From Candidatus Aenigmatarchaeota archaeon (GTDB taxonomy: Archaea; Aenigmatarchaeota; Aenigmatarchaeia; CG10238-14; SpSt-28), in contig JAVVFY010000007.1 in assembly GCA_032249395.1 (NCBI GenBank), positions 1 through 39,809 on the forward strand: 39,809 nt of DNA. Reading direction: 5' to 3'. Made by a program: the position numbers and the translations under genes. The notes beneath the pieces are model-generated. The model saw only the letters and a list, made by a program, of their open reading frames with translations, ran no database searches and was not told the origin of the DNA. Each line of letters starts with the position of its first letter. Within the stretch, counting starts at the first letter, position 1. Shown here one piece after another: positions 36,569 through 39,809 of this stretch.

Positions 36569-37825
36569 TCACTCATACATTAGTGCCTCTACTGGCTCTA
36601 ATTCTGCTGCTCTTTTAGCTGGTATTAAACCAGATAAAGCTCCGATGATTGTTGAAAAAGATAAGTCAAGTAAAATAAGATCTGGAGTTATTATAGCTGA
36701 TGGCATTCTAGCTCCAGGAAAGGAAAACATTCTAACACCAAACTCGTTTAACAAGCCAGTAACTATAAATCCTAAGAATACTCCTATTAAACCACCTATA
36801 AAACCAATTAGTGCAGATTCAAACAAAAACATTTTCATTATTTCTGAATTTTTTGCACCTAAAGCCTTTAATGTTCCAATTTGCCTTGTTCTCTCTATAA
36901 CTGAAGTAAACATCGTATTAGCTATACCCACAGCACCAACAACTAAAGAAACTCCAGCAATTCCTCCTAGGAAAAGGTTCATTGAAGAAATTATCATGTT
37001 AACATTTTGAGCGATTTGCTTAGAAGAAATTATAGTATAGGTCTTTTTATCTGGGGTTTCCTTTCTTTTCATCATTAAAGATTTGTCGATTTTTGATATC
37101 ATAGTATCAATGCTCGATGTATCTTCTATTTTTACGTTTATTATTGAGTATTTGTCTTTTTCTATATTTGGTATTACATCTCTGGCATCTTTTATATTCA
37201 TAAATATAGTGTTATCTAGTAATCCCATCTGTGCGCCACTTTCTTTTAAAATTCCTATAACTCTAAATGATATTCCTCCTACTGTTATTTGTGAGTCTAC
37301 TGGAATTTTCTGAGAGAACATTTCTTTAGCAATTCTGCTACCGAGAATGACTACTCTTCTTTCATTAGGTAAAAAGTCTCTACCCTCCTCTATATCCACA
37401 TTTATCATATTTCTCCATTTATTTGGGTCGACGCCTCTTATCATGACACTAAATTTCTCATTGCCATATGTGACAAAATTAACTCCTATTATAATTCCTT
37501 CGACATCTTTTACTCCTTCTAAATTTCTTATTGTCTCAACATCTTTATCGCTTAGAGTGGACGTCCCCCTTGCAGAGGCAAAAGCTCTTATTATCCCAGT
37601 AATATCTCCACCTCCAGTTCTAACTGAACCAGAAGTAACCATAATTAAATCTTGTCCAAATACGGACAATTGCGAATTTATACTTTTTCTCATTCCCTCC
37701 CCAATAGAAAGCATTGAGACTATAGTGGCTACACCAATTACTATCCCAATAATAGTTAGCCAGCTTCTTAAACTTCTTTGAGAGAGATTTCTAAATGAAA
37801 TTACTAGAATGTCTAGTGATTTCAT
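36569..37825 (-). CDS. MacB/FtsX-like ABC transporter permease
   Basis: RSWLTIIGIVIGV, ERTRQIGTLKALGA, PAKRAAELEPVEAL. Confidence 0.93.
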   Translation of the reverse strand: MKSLDILVISFRNLSQRSLRSWLTIIGIVIGVATIVSMLSIGEGMRKSINSQLSVFGQDLIMVTSGSVRTGGGDITGIIRAFASARGTSTLSDKDVETIRNLEGVKDVEGIIIGVNFVTYGNEKFSVMIRGVDPNKWRNMINVDIEEGRDFLPNERRVVILGSRIAKEMFSQKIPVDSQITVGGISFRVIGILKESGAQMGLLDNTIFMNIKDARDVIPNIEKDKYSIINVKIEDTSSIDTMISKIDKSLMMKRKETPDKKTYTIISSKQIAQNVNMIISSMNLFLGGIAGVSLVVGAVGIANTMFTSVIERTRQIGTLKALGAKNSEIMKMFLFESALIGFIGGLIGVFLGFIVTGLLNEFGVRMFSFPGARMPSAIITPDLILLDLSFSTIIGALSGLIPAKRAAELEPVEALMYE

Positions 37826-39069
37826 TTCTTTTTACCTCTTCTCAAAGCGTATCTGAATATTAAAACCAAAGCTACTATACCAACTATACCAATTAGAATG
37901 TATGTCATTCCTTCGCTAGTAACTTGAGTTCTTTGAGCTTGAGTTGTTCTTAATGTTGAAATTGCTCTAGCGGATGTATACATTGGTATTATTTCTTTTA
38001 CAACGCTTCTCCTAACTCCAGAAGAATCTGTATATGAAACTTCTACTCTTATTAAATCTGATGTACTATTGAAAGTTCTTTCAAACGTTCTATTTGTTTC
38101 ATTTCTAGTGATGTTCAATAATTGAACAGAGAAAGTTGCAGTTGTATAATCACCAGCGTTCAAATTTCCTAGGACTGCTACAGCTGGGCTAAGGATGAAG
38201 TTTCTAGAGGGTAATACTCTTAATATTGTTGAGTAAGCTGTTGTTGAACCAATGTTTGTAACTACTAATGTTAAACTGTTTTGAGAAAAATCTTGAATGC
38301 TCACATCAAAATCAGTTTCACTAGTTATTTCTAATCCAGCAACCAAGTTTATTAATTGCATATTTCCAGCTTTATCAGTGTATTGAAGTGTTATCATTAA
38401 TGGTAAAGAGCCGACCATTGCCGAAGGATTAACATAAACAGGAATTGTTATATCGTAAGCTGATTTTGCTGGTAATTTAGAAATTGTCAATCTATTCCCA
38501 ACCCCTAAAGGCAATATGAAGTTTGTATAGTTTGTTGGTAAGCTCCATGTAAATACCAAATTGTTAATGTCGAACTCTCCCTTATTAGCGATTTTGAATG
38601 TAATATTTGCCTTTTCCCCAGGCTTTAAAGATGAAGGGGAAACTGAGAGTAATTCTAGAGTAGAAGGTGCTTGAACGTTAACTATTGCATTCGGATATAT
38701 TGTCTGACAAACTGATCCCTTGCAATAATCGATTGCGAATTGAATTGTATACAGACCTGGAGATGCATATGGATCTACAGTAAACTTGAAGAAATAAGTT
38801 GAAGTATCACCAGGATTTAAAGAACCTAAATCGGCAACCCATTCTGCTGTTTTTATTGGACCATCAATTTTGACTTGATTAATTTTAATTCTGTCGGCTA
38901 CATCTGTTCCTACGTTTTTTAAAGTTAAGTGAATGAAACCATCACTTCCTGGAAACATGGCTTGCGGATAAACTTGTGCTGAAGCGTACACTAATGGTTG
39001 AAATGTTATTGCTTTTGCTACATTAGTCAAAAACAAAGCAAACAACACTAATGCAACAACTCTTTTCAT
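37822..39069 (-). CDS. COG1361-like S-layer-domain membrane protein accompanying the ABC exporter
   Basis: Signal peptide, repeated Ig-like units (LGSLNPG, LGNLNAG, YTD), C-terminal TM plus basic tail. Confidence 0.8.
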   Translation of the reverse strand: MKRVVALVLFALFLTNVAKAITFQPLVYASAQVYPQAMFPGSDGFIHLTLKNVGTDVADRIKINQVKIDGPIKTAEWVADLGSLNPGDTSTYFFKFTVDPYASPGLYTIQFAIDYCKGSVCQTIYPNAIVNVQAPSTLELLSVSPSSLKPGEKANITFKIANKGEFDINNLVFTWSLPTNYTNFILPLGVGNRLTISKLPAKSAYDITIPVYVNPSAMVGSLPLMITLQYTDKAGNMQLINLVAGLEITSETDFDVSIQDFSQNSLTLVVTNIGSTTAYSTILRVLPSRNFILSPAVAVLGNLNAGDYTTATFSVQLLNITRNETNRTFERTFNSTSDLIRVEVSYTDSSGVRRSVVKEIIPMYTSARAISTLRTTQAQRTQVTSEGMTYILIGIVGIVALVLIFRYALRRGKKK

Positions 39070-39083
39070 TTATCGCACCTCCA

Positions 39084-39797
39084 TTATTTTCTCTCATCTT
39101 TAATTATTTTTCCATCTTTTAATCGAATTATTCTTTCAGCGAATTTTGCTAAATTTTCGTTATGAGTTACAACAACTATAGTTTTCCCTTTTTTGTTTAG
39201 TTCTGTGAAGATTTTCATGACTTCTTCACCAGATTTTGAATCTAGATTACCAGTTGGTTCATCAGCAAGAATTATTGGTGGGTCATTTGCTAAGGCTCTA
39301 GCAATAGCTATTTTTTGTCTTTGACCTCCAGATAGTTGAGATGGCAAATGATCCTTAAATTCTTCCATCTCCACCATTTTTAACAATTCAAGAGCTCTTT
39401 TCTTCCTAAATTCTTTATCTTTTTCAGCAATTATCATTGGCAACTCAACATTTTCTAAAGCCGTTAGAGTTGGGTATAAATTGAAGAATTGAAAGACAAA
39501 ACCTATTTTATATTTTCTTAAATCTGCTAATTCATCATTACTCATTCTTGATGCATCAACACCATCAATAAGAACTTTTCCATATGTTGGCTTATCTAAA
39601 CATCCCATTAAATGAAGCATCGTTGACTTACCAGAGCCACTTGGTCCCATCACACAAACAAATTCTCCTTTTTTGATTTTCAAATTAATGTTTTCTACAC
39701 CAACAACACTAACACTATCCATTCTGTAGATTTTTGTGACATTTTGCATTTCTATAACAAATTGATTCTTCATAATCATTATTATTGGTGAAACCAT
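39084..39797 (-). CDS. LolD/MacB-family ABC transporter ATP-binding protein
   Basis: GPSGSGKS, LSGGQRQ, ILADEPTGNLD, VTH. Confidence 0.95.
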   Translation of the reverse strand: MVSPIIMIMKNQFVIEMQNVTKIYRMDSVSVVGVENINLKIKKGEFVCVMGPSGSGKSTMLHLMGCLDKPTYGKVLIDGVDASRMSNDELADLRKYKIGFVFQFFNLYPTLTALENVELPMIIAEKDKEFRKKRALELLKMVEMEEFKDHLPSQLSGGQRQKIAIARALANDPPIILADEPTGNLDSKSGEEVMKIFTELNKKGKTIVVVTHNENLAKFAERIIRLKDGKIIKDERK

Positions 39798-39809
39798 ATT
39801 TAAATAGTC

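Noticed and set aside
90..37781. Numerous 60-144 aa ORFs antisense to or nested in long genes (e.g. 90-377, 6677-7000, 13679-14032, 23814-24191, 37347-37781)
   Set aside because: Ser/Phe/Ile-rich mirror translations of well-supported genes on the other strand.
1..39809. CRISPR array, rRNA, integrase/transposase or defence island
   Set aside because: No regularly spaced repeats or such genes seen; the lone Mrr-like nuclease and methyltransferase are unlinked and sit among housekeeping genes.

Overview
Gene-dense, AT-rich archaeal chromosomal segment. Gene content and compactness suggest a DPANN-type lineage, possibly Aenigmarchaeota (inference). It is mostly housekeeping: HerA-like ATPase, bcp/sod/rubrerythrin-VIT1 cluster, rtcA, scpA, argS, rpoK/rpoN, rpl3-4-23-2, rnhB, tbp, intein-containing mcm, gatDE, alaS, rtcB, tyrS, apgM, a MacB-type ABC exporter, tRNA-Leu(GAG), tRNA-His(GTG) and one heavily frameshifted tRNA-thiolase-like pseudogene. 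No CRISPR array, rRNA or transposase was seen. The most notable signal is apparent tRNA-type splicing of mRNA. The RNase HII gene is split inside its catalytic DE-SGRG motif by a 23-nt frame-breaking insert that folds into a bulge-helix-bulge whose predicted cut sites restore the frame exactly. Separately, the 5' leader of the RNA ligase gene rtcB carries a GC-rich structure with a bulge-helix-loop motif. Both genes, and rpoN, also appear to initiate at non-canonical ATT/ATA codons behind well-spaced Shine-Dalgarno motifs.
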